Shown piece after piece: positions 43,247 through 55,615 of a DNA stretch of 64,000 nucleotides; position 1 is the first letter of the stretch; each line of letters starts with the position of its first letter. Position numbers and translations under genes: made by a program. This DNA comes from Paraspadella gotoi (Eukaryota > Animalia > Chaetognatha). The stretch is taken from NCBI GenBank assembly GCA_051294375.1, contig CM119267.1:19504709-19568708 (forward strand). Direction: 5' to 3'. The notes beneath the pieces were generated by a model. The model saw nothing but the letters and a program-made list of their open reading frames with translations, did not search any database and had not been told where the DNA came from.

Positions 43247-44426
43247 GAGAAGGATTAGGTCAGAGCCCTTATTCGACTAGTTCGACTACCTCAAACGGTA
43301 CAAGAATCTGATTTCTGATTAATTATCATGTCTCCCATCTCTATTTAAATGACCTCTGTTTTATTTCGGCAATCTATTTTCTCCTCCTCTACTCTCCACT
43401 TACTTCCTCCTTATTATGAATTCATTACGGAAAAAGACTACCAATTCATCTTCAGAACAAAAGATACGGAACAAATTTCATACGGTGAATTCAATGCATG
43501 AATATTCATTACACTAAAATTAAACGGGTAAAGAAATATAAAGAAACAATCTTTTGGTAATGGTCACAAGTCATTAATTGGATTCGTGAGTTCTTTTGTC
43601 AGTTTTATTTTTCATTTGATTCATTCTCAATTCATTTATGAATCAGTTGATGAGATCGTTTAGAGACAAATTATTTAGTTGAATTTATAAATGAATTCTC
43701 CCATTGCAGTATTACATGGGAAACTATCACGATGGGATGAGACTGAAGTTTCCTTGCTCTTTAAGGTGAACATGTACTAAACCAAAACGGTTTAAAAGAA
43801 TGAATTCACTTTTCAGATTCATCTTAAATTCATACTCGAGACCAGTTTGAAATTTTTAAAAAAAACAATAATCAATTTTTGTGAAATTGATTTAATCGCA
43901 TTGATTTTATTTACGTTTTTTGCCAGTTTTTATATAAAGTATTTTAAATAACATGGATGAAGTATAATCGCACATATAGTTCTTTAAAAAAACAATGGAT
44001 TGAAAATTAGATGACGAAAATATAGTGATGCGAAAAAGAAGAAACAAAGGAAATTTGTTTTATGATCATAAAATGATCACTTTCTGTTATCTTCATTATG
44101 AATCATTAATTAAGAAAATTTGTTTTTAATTGAATTCAAAACATTGAATTCACTTTCTGTTATTGTTTTTTATTTTATTTTTTCAAAAATTGCTTCTTTT
44201 GGGGTAACCACCTAATTAAAAAATATTATTACTTATAAGCAAATTTTTTTTTTAAATCTTAATTTTTTTGATAGAATGAAGGCACAAAAAGTAAACAGAT
44301 ATAATTACAATGAAAATATAAAAAACGATAAAATCTCAAAAGATGATGATGATTTTATGGTTTTTCCTATTTTGTACACTTACGTAAAATAATATTAAAA
44401 AAAGAATTTTATACTTTGTGTAGGCA
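43247..44426. repeat. 1180-bp AT-rich segment X, inverted copy of 45139-46318
   Basis: Both copies are 1180 bp. The stretches I compared base by base are identical, unlike the noisy flanking arms. Confidence 0.92.
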
Positions 44427-46471
44427 NNNNNNNNNNNNNNNNNNNNNNNNNTTGTTTTTTTTTTTATTATTCGATCCAGACACTGTTTACTGTTTTTTTC
44501 GATCCGACATTTTTCTGCCAGGCTGCGTTTTCATTTCGGAGTCGTCGGGTTTTTTTTTTCTGTTGCTTGTTGTTGTTGTTGTTGTTGTTGTTGAAGATCG
44601 AGATGCTTGACTTTCTTCTGGGACTACATTCGTTTCAGTTTGAGTCTACTGACTATCTGTTGTGGATGCTGAGGCCTTTGCCCTCTCCAACTGCAATATA
44701 CAGTTTGAATTTTTACTATGATTTCGGTTTGTTTATTTTTTTCTTACGTTTTCTTTTATTGAACTCCCTTTTTCGTCTGCTGCACTTTTTGGCCTCGACA
44801 GTTTTATGTCTTACTTCCCAGTTTATCTCTTTTCTCTTTTGTTAAGAGCTTCTTTCGTCGTTATACGTTCCAATGTATTCCATTGTATTCAATTGTATTT
44901 GTTGGAACACAATTCGCCCCTTTTGTTCATTTATTTTTATTCCAATGCCTTTTTTCACCTCCTTTGCTATTTTGCTTCTTTTTTTTTTAAACTACGAGTT
45001 ATATTCCCAGAGTCTCCATCTGTGGGTCTCTCGCGGTTTTCTCTTACAGTCTTGAGTTGATTTCTTTCTCTCGCTGTCTTCGTTTGTCTGTTTGAGGTTT
45101 TTTTAGTCGCGCCGCGAGTACTCGCGGAGCAACTCTATTGCCTACACAAAGTATAAAATTCTTTTTTTAATATTATTTTACGTAAGTGTACAAAATAGGA
45201 AAAACCATAAAATCATCATCATCTTTTGAGATTTTATCGTTTTTTATATTTTCATTGTAATTATATCTGTTTACTTTTTGTGCCTTCATTCTATCAAAAA
45301 AATTAAGATTTAAAAAAAAAATTTGCTTATAAGTAATAATATTTTTTAATTAGGTGGTTACCCCAAAAGAAGCAATTTTTGAAAAAATAAAATAAAAAAC
45401 AATAACAGAAAGTGAATTCAATGTTTTGAATTCAATTAAAAACAAATTTTCTTAATTAATGATTCATAATGAAGATAACAGAAAGTGATCATTTTATGAT
45501 CATAAAACAAATTTCCTTTGTTTCTTCTTTTTCGCATCACTATATTTTCGTCATCTAATTTTCAATCCATTGTTTTTTTAAAGAACTATATGTGCGATTA
45601 TACTTCATCCATGTTATTTAAAATACTTTATATAAAAACTGGCAAAAAACGTAAATAAAATCAATGCGATTAAATCAATTTCACAAAAATTGATTATTGT
45701 TTTTTTTAAAAATTTCAAACTGGTCTCGAGTATGAATTTAAGATGAATCTGAAAAGTGAATTCATTCTTTTAAACCGTTTTGGTTTAGTACATGTTCACC
45801 TTAAAGAGCAAGGAAACTTCAGTCTCATCCCATCGTGATAGTTTCCCATGTAATACTGCAATGGGAGAATTCATTTATAAATTCAACTAAATAATTTGTC
45901 TCTAAACGATCTCATCAACTGATTCATAAATGAATTGAGAATGAATCAAATGAAAAATAAAACTGACAAAAGAACTCACGAATCCAATTAATGACTTGTG
46001 ACCATTACCAAAAGATTGTTTCTTTATATTTCTTTACCCGTTTAATTTTAGTGTAATGAATATTCATGCATTGAATTCACCGTATGAAATTTGTTCCGTA
46101 TCTTTTGTTCTGAAGATGAATTGGTAGTCTTTTTCCGTAATGAATTCATAATAAGGAGGAAGTAAGTGGAGAGTAGAGGAGGAGAAAATAGATTGCCGAA
46201 ATAAAACAGAGGTCATTTAAATAGAGATGGGAGACATGATAATTAATCAGAAATCAGATTCTTGTACCGTTTGAGGTAGTCGAACTAGTCGAATAAGGGC
46301 TCTGACCTAATCCTTCTCTCTCTCAGCTCTCTATTTGTCATTCTCCTCCTCCTCTCCTATCCCTCTCCTCAAACTCCTACTTTTTTTTTATTTTTCGACC
46401 AGTCTCACCTCTATTTTTCTCTTCTTCTATCGTCGTCGTCACGGCAACCGTTGCTCTCTCTCTTCTCATCT

Positions 46472-46507
<36 letters not shown>

Positions 46508-49500
46508 TCTCTCTTCTCTCACTCTTCTCTCGTCTCTCTCTCATTCTCTCTCTTCTCATTCTCCTGGAGGACTTGACTCCCATCGCCATCAGTTTTTACT
46601 ACGTCCCAATTACACGAAATATAAAGTAACAAAATTTCTAAAGATCAACGCCTCTTTTCCTTTTCTTCGATGTACACTAACTTTTTTATGTCGACATAGA
46701 AAATGTTTTCTTTTTCGCCCCGCGGTTTATTTCTTTTTTTTTTTGTTTTTAAATATAACTTCAATTTCAAACTTTTTTTTTCTAAAGCTTCACCTCCACC
46801 GGCGCAAGAATGACAATTTCCGCAAATTCATTTTAAGGCACAAAAAAAAAAAAAAATTGGTTCCGCGAAAAGGTTTTATATTCTTGGATTTTTTATTTCT
46901 TTTCCTTTTTTTCCTTATTTTTTTTTCCTTATTTTTTTTTATTCCAACGATTGGAGGTAGGAGCGTCGAAAGCGGAAAACGCTGGTTGGTGGCGAATCCG
47001 GTTTGGGAAGCAATAATGGCACAAGGTTCCAAAAAATGAGGGGAAAAGAAAGAATTTTTTTTTCTTTTTGCGGTCGGATGGAGGGACGGTGGGGGGAAGA
47101 GTAAGGGCGAGGGAGGGAGGGAAAGAGAAGGTTGACGGTAGGGAAAGAAAGGGGTAAGGAGAGACAAAGAAAGGGGAATAACGGGGGGAGAGAGAGAATT
47201 AGAAGAGAGAGAGAGAGAAGAGTCAGGAGAAGGAAAGGAGAGGATGTACGGGGAAGAGAGAGAGAGAGAGTAGAGAGAGAGAGAGAGAGTAGAGAGAGGA
47301 GAGAGAGAGAGGAGAGAGAGATCGAGGAGAGAAGAGAGAGAAAGAGGCAGCCAGAAGAAGGAAATGAAAAGAAGAAAGTAAGAAGAAGGAAAAAATATAT
47401 CCAAAAACGAAACTTTTAGAGGGATAAACTAAAACGACCAAAAGTGAAACTTATGCACGTGTCACATGCAGATATATTTTGGTTGCTAGTTTAACCAGAA
47501 CTAACAAAGAGAGAAAAAATAATCAGAAACGCTTCGCCCAAAATATATTTTTCGTCCAGAGCGAAAGAGAGAGAGTGGAGAGAGAGGAAAAAGGGAGTGA
47601 AAGAGGATACGATTGAAGAATGTTGTCCACGTGTCACGGTGTCACTTTGAGTCCACTTTGTCATTTTTGTCATCGTGTCAAATTCCGCGGCGGCTGAAGA
47701 CCCCACGGTCAAAAAAAAAAATGGTCGGGGAGGCAAGATGGGCAGCACGAGTCTCCACGACTAAGTGGATTCGCCAAATGGATTTCCTCCGTCAAAAAAA
47801 GGATTTGCTTCGTTCAAAAATGGAGTCGGTCCTTTTCAAACGCGACGAATGTTGAAAGACGAAATCACTGAGGTGCACCCTTAAGTTTTGATCGAAAAAC
47901 AAATGAAGTATTTCGTTAAAACGCTTGTATCTGTAAAGGAGTACAATATTGCTTTATCTTTTTATTTTAAGCCAGAGTTCATTTGTCTTCTATCAAATGA
48001 TAAATACTAAAATATTAGAAATATTATGATGAACAATATAAAGTTTGGACTGCTATCGCGTGCTGGTCCCTAATCGCTTCGCATCCTATCGAACAGATGA
48101 TGCCCATACAAATTTTAGACGAATCTCACAAAATATTAACATATTCTTTTTTGAAACGATTTCCTTCTTAATTTTTTCTTTCTCTCCTGCAGCTTTTTAT
48201 TTCGTCATTTTAATTTCACTGGAAGAAAAAAAGTTTTAAATTTCCGCTAAATTTTTTTTTTAATTTTCGTCGACTCGATCAGAGTTCATCTCCGCCACGG
48301 AAGGGCGACCATAACGGGTATTCGGCATCATATTAGACGCGTGACGCGACGACACGACGACGACGAGACAGATCACGACGAGACAGACGGACAGCCAACG
48401 AGAAGTTGGGGTGTGTGTGAGGATTGTTACATGCGAATTTAACTTACCGGTACGGTGGTGTCTGACCGTGGGGGTGGATTGCGGGCGGCCGGCGGCTGCG
48501 GGTCGGTGGCGTGCGGCGTGGCACGGTTCGGCGCGAGCGGCGCGCGGGGCGCGTAGTGGACTGGCGGCGCCGCGGTACTACGGCGGCGGCGTGTGAGCGT
48601 GGGCAGGCGATCGGTTGCGACGGGCGGAAGCGCTCGACACCGATCTCGTTTTCCGCGGAATCTGTTTCGACTGGAAAGAAAAGTGTGTCGAGGCGCGTGG
48701 AGACGTAAGAGAAAAAAAACGAAAAGAATAAACACGAAAGTAAGCTGGGAAATAGAATGGAAAAAAAAAGATGAAAAAATCGATTGCCAAACGACGAGTT
48801 TGAAAGAACAATGGCTGAATCAAGATCTAAGCACAAAGAAGCATGCGCGGTGAAAGGGATTTAGTATTTTGACATTGAAGAAGATTAGAAACAAAAAGAA
48901 GACAGATGCAAACTAACGGTAGTAAATACTTTTTTTAGTATATTTCCCCTCTCTAATGATTCTAGATATGTGGCGAACGCTGACCGACTGTATTCGCCAA
49001 ATATTTAATTTTAATTTTGATATTCTGCCCAATGGATGTATTTTATATTTACGAGTATTTAAAAGAAATTTTTATTTTTTCTGTGCTTCTTTTTATTCGT
49101 AGTCCTTTAATTTTTCTTTTCTCTTCAATTCTCTATCTTTTGTCCCTTCCTATCGACGAACCCACTGATCAATATATATTCCCCTCCGTCAATGCTTCCC
49201 CTCTTTTCTCGAAAATTTAAAAAAAAAAATAAGTATATCGAGAAAATCGTACGTATCTCGTTTCACAACAAAAAACAACACGATAGAATCACACGCACAA
49301 AAAATAATTGTGATTTATTTTACTTTTTTTTTCAGAAAAAATTCTCATCTTTTTACGCGACTCGAGTTATAACTGCCTTTGTTCTTTTTTTTTTTTTGAA
49401 TATGCGCCGCTCGTTTCAGGAACAAAAATAATGACGAATAGAAGGGGGCCGTTTCCTCTTCTCACTTTCCTTTCTTTTTTTTTTCTTTTTTTTGACTCTT

Positions 49501-52479
49501 CGCTGTCCTATCCTCTCTCTATTTTTCTACCCATTTTAACTGTTCGTTCGTCACTTATGTTTTTTCCTCCATCTTTTGCCCTGTTTTTGGTTTTTTTTTT
49601 TCTCTTGATATTTTATTTTCTTTGTTTATGTGTTCTTGCTTCCTTGCTTTTTTTTGTCCATTTTCTTATTTCACATTCGTCTTTCCTTTGCTGTTCCTTT
49701 TTCGGTTTTTCTGTTATTTCGCGTTTCCTTTGTCCTTTTCCTTTTTCTTTTTATCACTTTATCTCTTCCTCCGGTTACCCACTTCTCTGTTCCTTTTCTG
49801 TTTTTTTATTCTTCCTTTCTCATTTCCTTCCTCCTTTCTTTCTCTTCCTCCATTTTCCCTCTTTCTCCTCTCCCAACTCTCCGCCTTATTTTTTTCGATC
49901 TCCCTCACTCGCCGCGCTGTACGTGCCCTTTTCTCGTATCTTGTCGGAGTCTTATGCATTAGACCCCGAATTATTCTGCCTTTTATCGCTTTCTGCGAAC
50001 GATGACGACGACGAAGGAGAAGAAACGACCGACCCCCGACGAACGAAGAGCGACAAAATTGAACGTCCTGCGCTTAGTCTAAGGAGGAAGACTAAGACGA
50101 CGCAAAGATCGATTAAAAAAAAACAGTTTTGATGACAAGAGAAGTTCACCGGCGATACTATCCGATGATTCTAATTAAATATGTCCCTGAAAGACGAGCG
50201 GACAAAAGAACCTAGAAGATGACAAAATTGACGATCTGCGCTAGTTAAGGAGGAGACTAAGACGCGAAAGGAGATGCGAAAAAAAATTTTAGACAAAAAG
50301 CGAGTTTTGCAGTGACCAACGACGCCTATTAAAACCCTCGAGACGCAAAGACCACCGATACATTCTGATGCTCGCATAGTAAAATGCGGAGTAAGATGAC
50401 GCGAAGAAGAGCATAAAGACAAACAGAATTCATGACAGACCGAGTTGAACGGGGGAACGACAAACGCTACTAAAGATGGCCGGGAAAAAGAAATTTCGAT
50501 GATACAAAATGACGTTCAGGGATGCGTAAGAATCGTATTAAACGAAACATGACCGTAAAAGAACCTTTACGATGAGCAATTGATGGTACTTGCTGAGACT
50601 ATAAATCAGGGACAATTTTATAAGACGAACGATACAGGCGTAAAGTTTTAGACAAGGACTGATCACCGCGACTGCATCGACGATTAAACACCTGAAACGA
50701 CAAAACATGATCGAGTTACAACAAAGACGTCGGATCGAGGAATATCACTCAGAAGACTTAATAATGTTTTACCACCGGGATCTCCAATATGCCGAGACTC
50801 AATATATCGAAAGCTTTTTAAAGATGCTTACACCGAAGACGCAACGAGACCAACATGTCGAACAACAACCTCAGTTTCCTGACTTACGGCAAGCCAGATC
50901 TGATATTGACGAAACTGGTAACGAAGTCCAATGTTTTTTTTTCTTTTCTTTTGTCAGGGAAAGTCTATTTGTTTTCTATTATATGAATATATCTTCTTAT
51001 GCTTTATTATCTAAGAATATCTGGTTTTACTAACCGCAATCGTTCCTTTTAGGTTATCGTTTTATGATATGAACTTACTTTAAAACATCGATTTTCCTTG
51101 AATGATACGCCAGACCACTATTGATATTTCCACGACGAGTTTTTGTTTTTACTAATCCGTTTTACCGCTTAAGCCTTTAAGCCTTAAGCCTTAAGCCTTA
51201 GCCTAGCTTAAGCCTTAGCCCCTTAGCCATTAACAAGCCTTAGCGCTTAAAACTTCTCACTTTCCTACTTAGACCTTCACCTTTCTTAGAACTCCCTTTT
51301 TCTTCCTACCTTTCTGATCATGGGATCAAAAAATTGCGGGTAAAAGGTTTTCACACGCCCTAACCGTGACCATCCCAAAGAAGAAGACAATGAAGCGACG
51401 CGCCGGAACAACAAATGAATTCAAAGCGATGCAAGCTGAACTGAAATAAACAACTAACCAGCTCAAAGTACAAACTAAAACTACAAACAGTTCAAAATTA
51501 CACAAGTATATATCACAAAATCCTTAGTCACAACGAAAACCAAAAAATAATCAACGCCAAATGATAAATCTAAATCAAAATGATAATTACTGGTATGATA
51601 AACGCAATAATGAATCGATTTCCCCCCCCCACTCGAAACTCAGAATGAATGAGCGCAAAGATCCGTTGATCGGCGACCCCTTTACCAAATTGCGCTCGGA
51701 CGCCCTTCGTAGCTGAGCGCGGGTTTTGTGGCCGCTTTTTCGCTCGACAGTTTTTCTTTAGATCGAGACAGTTTTTAATCCTTTCGTTCGAACAAAGTTG
51801 GCTTTTTTGGTTGTACGTACGGGTTTAAAAATTCGCTACAAATATAAACTCATTCCAGTCATCTTTACGGTCACACGTCCTTCTTTTTCAATTTAGAAAT
51901 GGTACAAAAAACAAAGATAAGAAAGTAGCTATTCGTATTAATAATTTATGGGTTTTTTTTTTTGTATTGTTATATTTATTTCATCCAAGGTGTGTGTTTT
52001 ATATATACTATATCTGAGTAAACGCGTTGGTTTCCAGTGAGGAATAATTAAAGAAACGGAATTATTTTTATTCATTCGTGGTTCGATTTTTAAGTTCGCT
52101 CGAACCACACCACACATGACATTCCTATGAAAACAACAACGAACGACGACGACGACGACGACGACACGAAACGTCAACAACATACCGAGTTGAGTTTCCC
52201 CAACACAACCTACGAAGGAACGGCAGATTCTCGGTTGTGACCCCAAGATTTACTTCTTTCCTTCGGAGGAAAAAAAGTCTTTGTGGTCGGAAGTCATTAA
52301 AAGCGTCGGACCGCTTCCTGAAACTCATTCTGAGTTTGGATCTCACTCCCCAAATTTGTGAAACCAGTCCTAAGTTCGTGAATCATCTCCCAGAGTCGTG
52401 AGGTCTCATATGAGTTCGTGAACGAAGGCGTTCATAGAATCCCGGTTCATAGATAAAATTGATCGTTGAAGAAGACTCT

Positions 52480-53075
52480 TGTCCAATAGGCGGGCAAAAT
52501 TGAACACTTTTTATAACTTTTAATTCTCTCCAAAAAATCCTTTTTTCCTCTCTTTACTCAATCGATTTTCAATGCAACTTTTTGAATTAGTTCATGGGGT
52601 TGTTGCACTGCACTTTTTAATATTTATTATATATAACAAATGACAAAAATTTTTTTTTAAAAATTAGTTTTCTAAGAACGGATTCATAAGCTGAAAAGTT
52701 AAATAAGAAAGTTAGTACTTACAATTTTTTAAAACTTTTGACAAGAAATTGATTAAAAACAGAAAAAACGTTAAAAATCATCATCATACATCATCATCAT
52801 TGATGAATTTTATGGAGTTTATATTTACAAAAATTTTATGTAAAAAAATTAAAAATTGCATTAATACTTTATAATTTTAAGCTCTATGAATCGCATTAAA
52901 AAAAAATGAAAAATTCAAAAAAATTTAATTTATATAGTAATAAATAATCTTTTATGCTTCCGTGCGCTATTTAGATAATATTTATTATTTTTTCATATAC
53001 TCTAACAGTCTCATTTATTCATTATTATTTGAGAGGAATTCTAGTTTTCAAACCTGTTCCGGCCTATTGTCCAAT
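52480..53075. mobile_element. Probable MITE, about 590 bp, AT-rich (copies at about 35068-35643 and 36520-37103)
   Basis: Imperfect TIRs CAATAGGCGGGCAAAATTGAA... and ...TTCAA(A)CCTGTTCCGGCCTATTG enclose a very AT-rich non-coding interior. Confidence 0.45.
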
Positions 53076-54331
53076 GTCATTGAATTGCAAAGATTGTGAA
53101 ATCGAAAAGTATATTCAAGATTGGTAAATTAATTTTACACGAACAGGAATAGCCGTTACAATTTCCTTCGTGTTTATTCCGACCAATAAGTACGAAGCAG
53201 TTTAACCACGAAAAAAAAAAGTTGTTTTTGAAAATTACTGATCTCCTTTGGAAAAATTCGGTGGATAAAAATACAAAAATTTCGTATTTATAACAAATTT
53301 ACCAAAAAAAAAATTCCCTACTTCGCCCAGCATCGAAAACGGGTCAACCATCCCCAGATCGATGGCGCCACTCTCCAATCCAAAATTGCCACCTCGCCTC
53401 CACCCGTACGGTCCTGCCGCCCTCGCCTCCACTTCTCCGCCCCCCCCGCACCCCTTCCACATACGTCACTATCTGACCCTCCACCCCACCCCATGTCAAT
53501 CGCCCGAAACTGGTCCTTAAAACTTTCCGCGAGGCGATTTTTATCCCCGTGCGTTCTTCTGTCCCTATTTCGTCCTATCTCTTTTTTCTCTCTCTCTTTT
53601 TTTTTTGTTTTGCGCCGCGTCGATGTTTACTGTTTTTTGGGGTTGTTTTTTTTGTTTGGTATTGATTTTTTTTTATTGTCCTAGACACTGTTTTACTTTT
53701 TTTTTTCGAATCCGACATTTTTTTCCTGCCAGGCTGCGTTTTCATTTCGGAGTCCGTCGGTGTTTTTTTTTCTGTTGCTTGTTGTTGTTGTTGTTGTTGT
53801 TGTTGAAGATCGAGATGCTTGACTTTTCTCTGGGGACTACATTTCGTTTCAGTTTGAGTCTACTACACTCTGTGTGGATGCTGAGCGCCTTTGCCCTCTC
53901 CACTGACAATATATACAGTTGATTTTTACTCAATGATTCAGGTTTGGTTTATTTTTTTTCTTATCGTTTTCTTTTATGTGAACTCCCTTTTTCGTCTGGC
54001 TGCACTTTTTGGCCTCGACAGTTTTATGTCTTACTTCCCCAGTTATCTCTTTTCTTCCTTTTGTTAAGGGCTATTTCGTCGTTATACGTTCACATGTATT
54101 CCATTGTATTCAAATTGTATTTGTTGGAACAGCAAATTCGCCACTTTTGTTCATTTATTTTTATTCCAATGCTTTTTTACACCTCCTGTTGCTATTTGCT
54201 TCTTTTCTTTTTTTTTTAAAACTACGAGTTATATCCCCGAGTCTCCATCTGTGGGTCTCTCGCGGTTTTCTTTCCTCTTACGTCTTGATGATTTTTCTTT
54301 CTCTCGCTGTCTTCGTTTCGTCTGTTTGAGG

Positions 54332-54745
54332 TTTTTTTTTAGTCGCGCCGCGAGTACTCGCGGAGCAACTCTATAAGTCTCTTTTTTAGTCGATCGGTCG
54401 GTATACAATTCTGTCCGTTTGGTTGGTCCCACTACTTATNNNNNNNNNNNNNNNNNNNNNNNNNCTTACTTACTACTTTATAAATTAAGTTCTGATACGG
54501 TATGAAGGTGAGGCACCATAAAACCTTTAACGTGCATATGTATCATCCTTGTGAAGTCCCGCAATCACCTTAAATTTCGATCGCGTTAAGGAACCTCAAA
54601 TCTAAGCGACTGCTAGCGCCACCTTTTGTTTCGAAAGAAGAAAAGAGAGAAGAATAAAAGACGATTTCAAATGAAGTGCGTATCGAACATCCACGGAAAT
54701 GTACACGTGATAAAAAAAGGTCACTGCGGCTCAACACACATTGGA
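54332..54745 (+). mobile_element. Second HINE-like family member (reverse-complement copy at about 33465-33835)
   Basis: TTTTTAGTCGCGCCGCGAGTACTCGCGGAGCAACTCTATAAGTC, a GTCG/GTTG tract, shared core AAATCTAAG.GACTGCTAGCGCC.CCT and 3' GTCACTGCGGCTCAAC. Confidence 0.6.
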
Positions 54746-55215
54746 ATCTTCGTTCGGGTTTTCCTCGACTCCTTTACTCCATCTGCATTTTGATTATTTT
54801 TCCCTTAAGACTCAAAGTATTTTCTCTCACTTTTGGCTCCCGTTCCCGTTTGGCGTCTTTTGTTTCTCCTATTTTTTTTTAGTGTTTGGTGCTTCGCTCG
54901 TTTGGTGTAAAAACGTTTGTTCATTTGGTTTCATTTCGTTAATTTTGTTACGTTTCCTGACTCGTAACGAAATCTGTGATTAGACTAGTAGTTATTTTAT
55001 TTATACTCTTTTAGTTTCATTATATTTTTATTGTCTCTTTGCTTCACTACACGTGATTCATATCTGATGTTATTTATCACAAGCTTTATTCTATCTTCTT
55101 TCTTCTCCCCTTAAAACTTCTCTTTTTTTTTAGCCACTCTTCCGAAGTTCCATCACTCACTCGCTGTTGTGATGTTGTGATGTTGTAAACATGCTTCACG
55201 GACCATAATTCAAAC

Positions 55216-55615
55216 TTTTTAGTTGCGCCGCAAGTACTCGTGGAGCAACTCTATAAGTCACTTTTCGGTAGGTCTGTCGGTCCATCGGTATATCTGTTCG
55301 TCTGTCTGTCCCACTTACGATAAAAATGCATATAATTTACCTAATTTGCCTAATTTGCCTAATGCCTATAGTTAGTTACTCATTTGTTAAGAAAAAAAAC
55401 TTCAAATCTAAGGGACTGCTAGCGCCCCCTTTAGGAATTCCAAAAAACTATAAGGAATAAAAACGGAATTCCGATTTAGTGCGTGTCATAAATACACAGA
55501 AAGTTATTGTAGTCATGTAGTCATGTCATGTCGCGTCATATCATGTTATGTCACGTCATGTCATGTCACGAGAAATATACGTGATAAGGCAGTCACTGCG
55601 GCGCAACATATTTGA
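55216..55615 (+). mobile_element. Non-autonomous Helentron/HINE (DINE-1-like) element (reverse-complement copy at about 32605-33010)
   Basis: T-run, then hairpin AGTTGCGCCGCAAGTACTCGTGGAGCAACT, CTATAAGTC, a (GTCY)n-like tract, and a 3' subterminal inverted repeat TGCGGCGCAAC (55597-55607) complementary to the 5' GTTGCGCCGCA. Confidence 0.6.
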
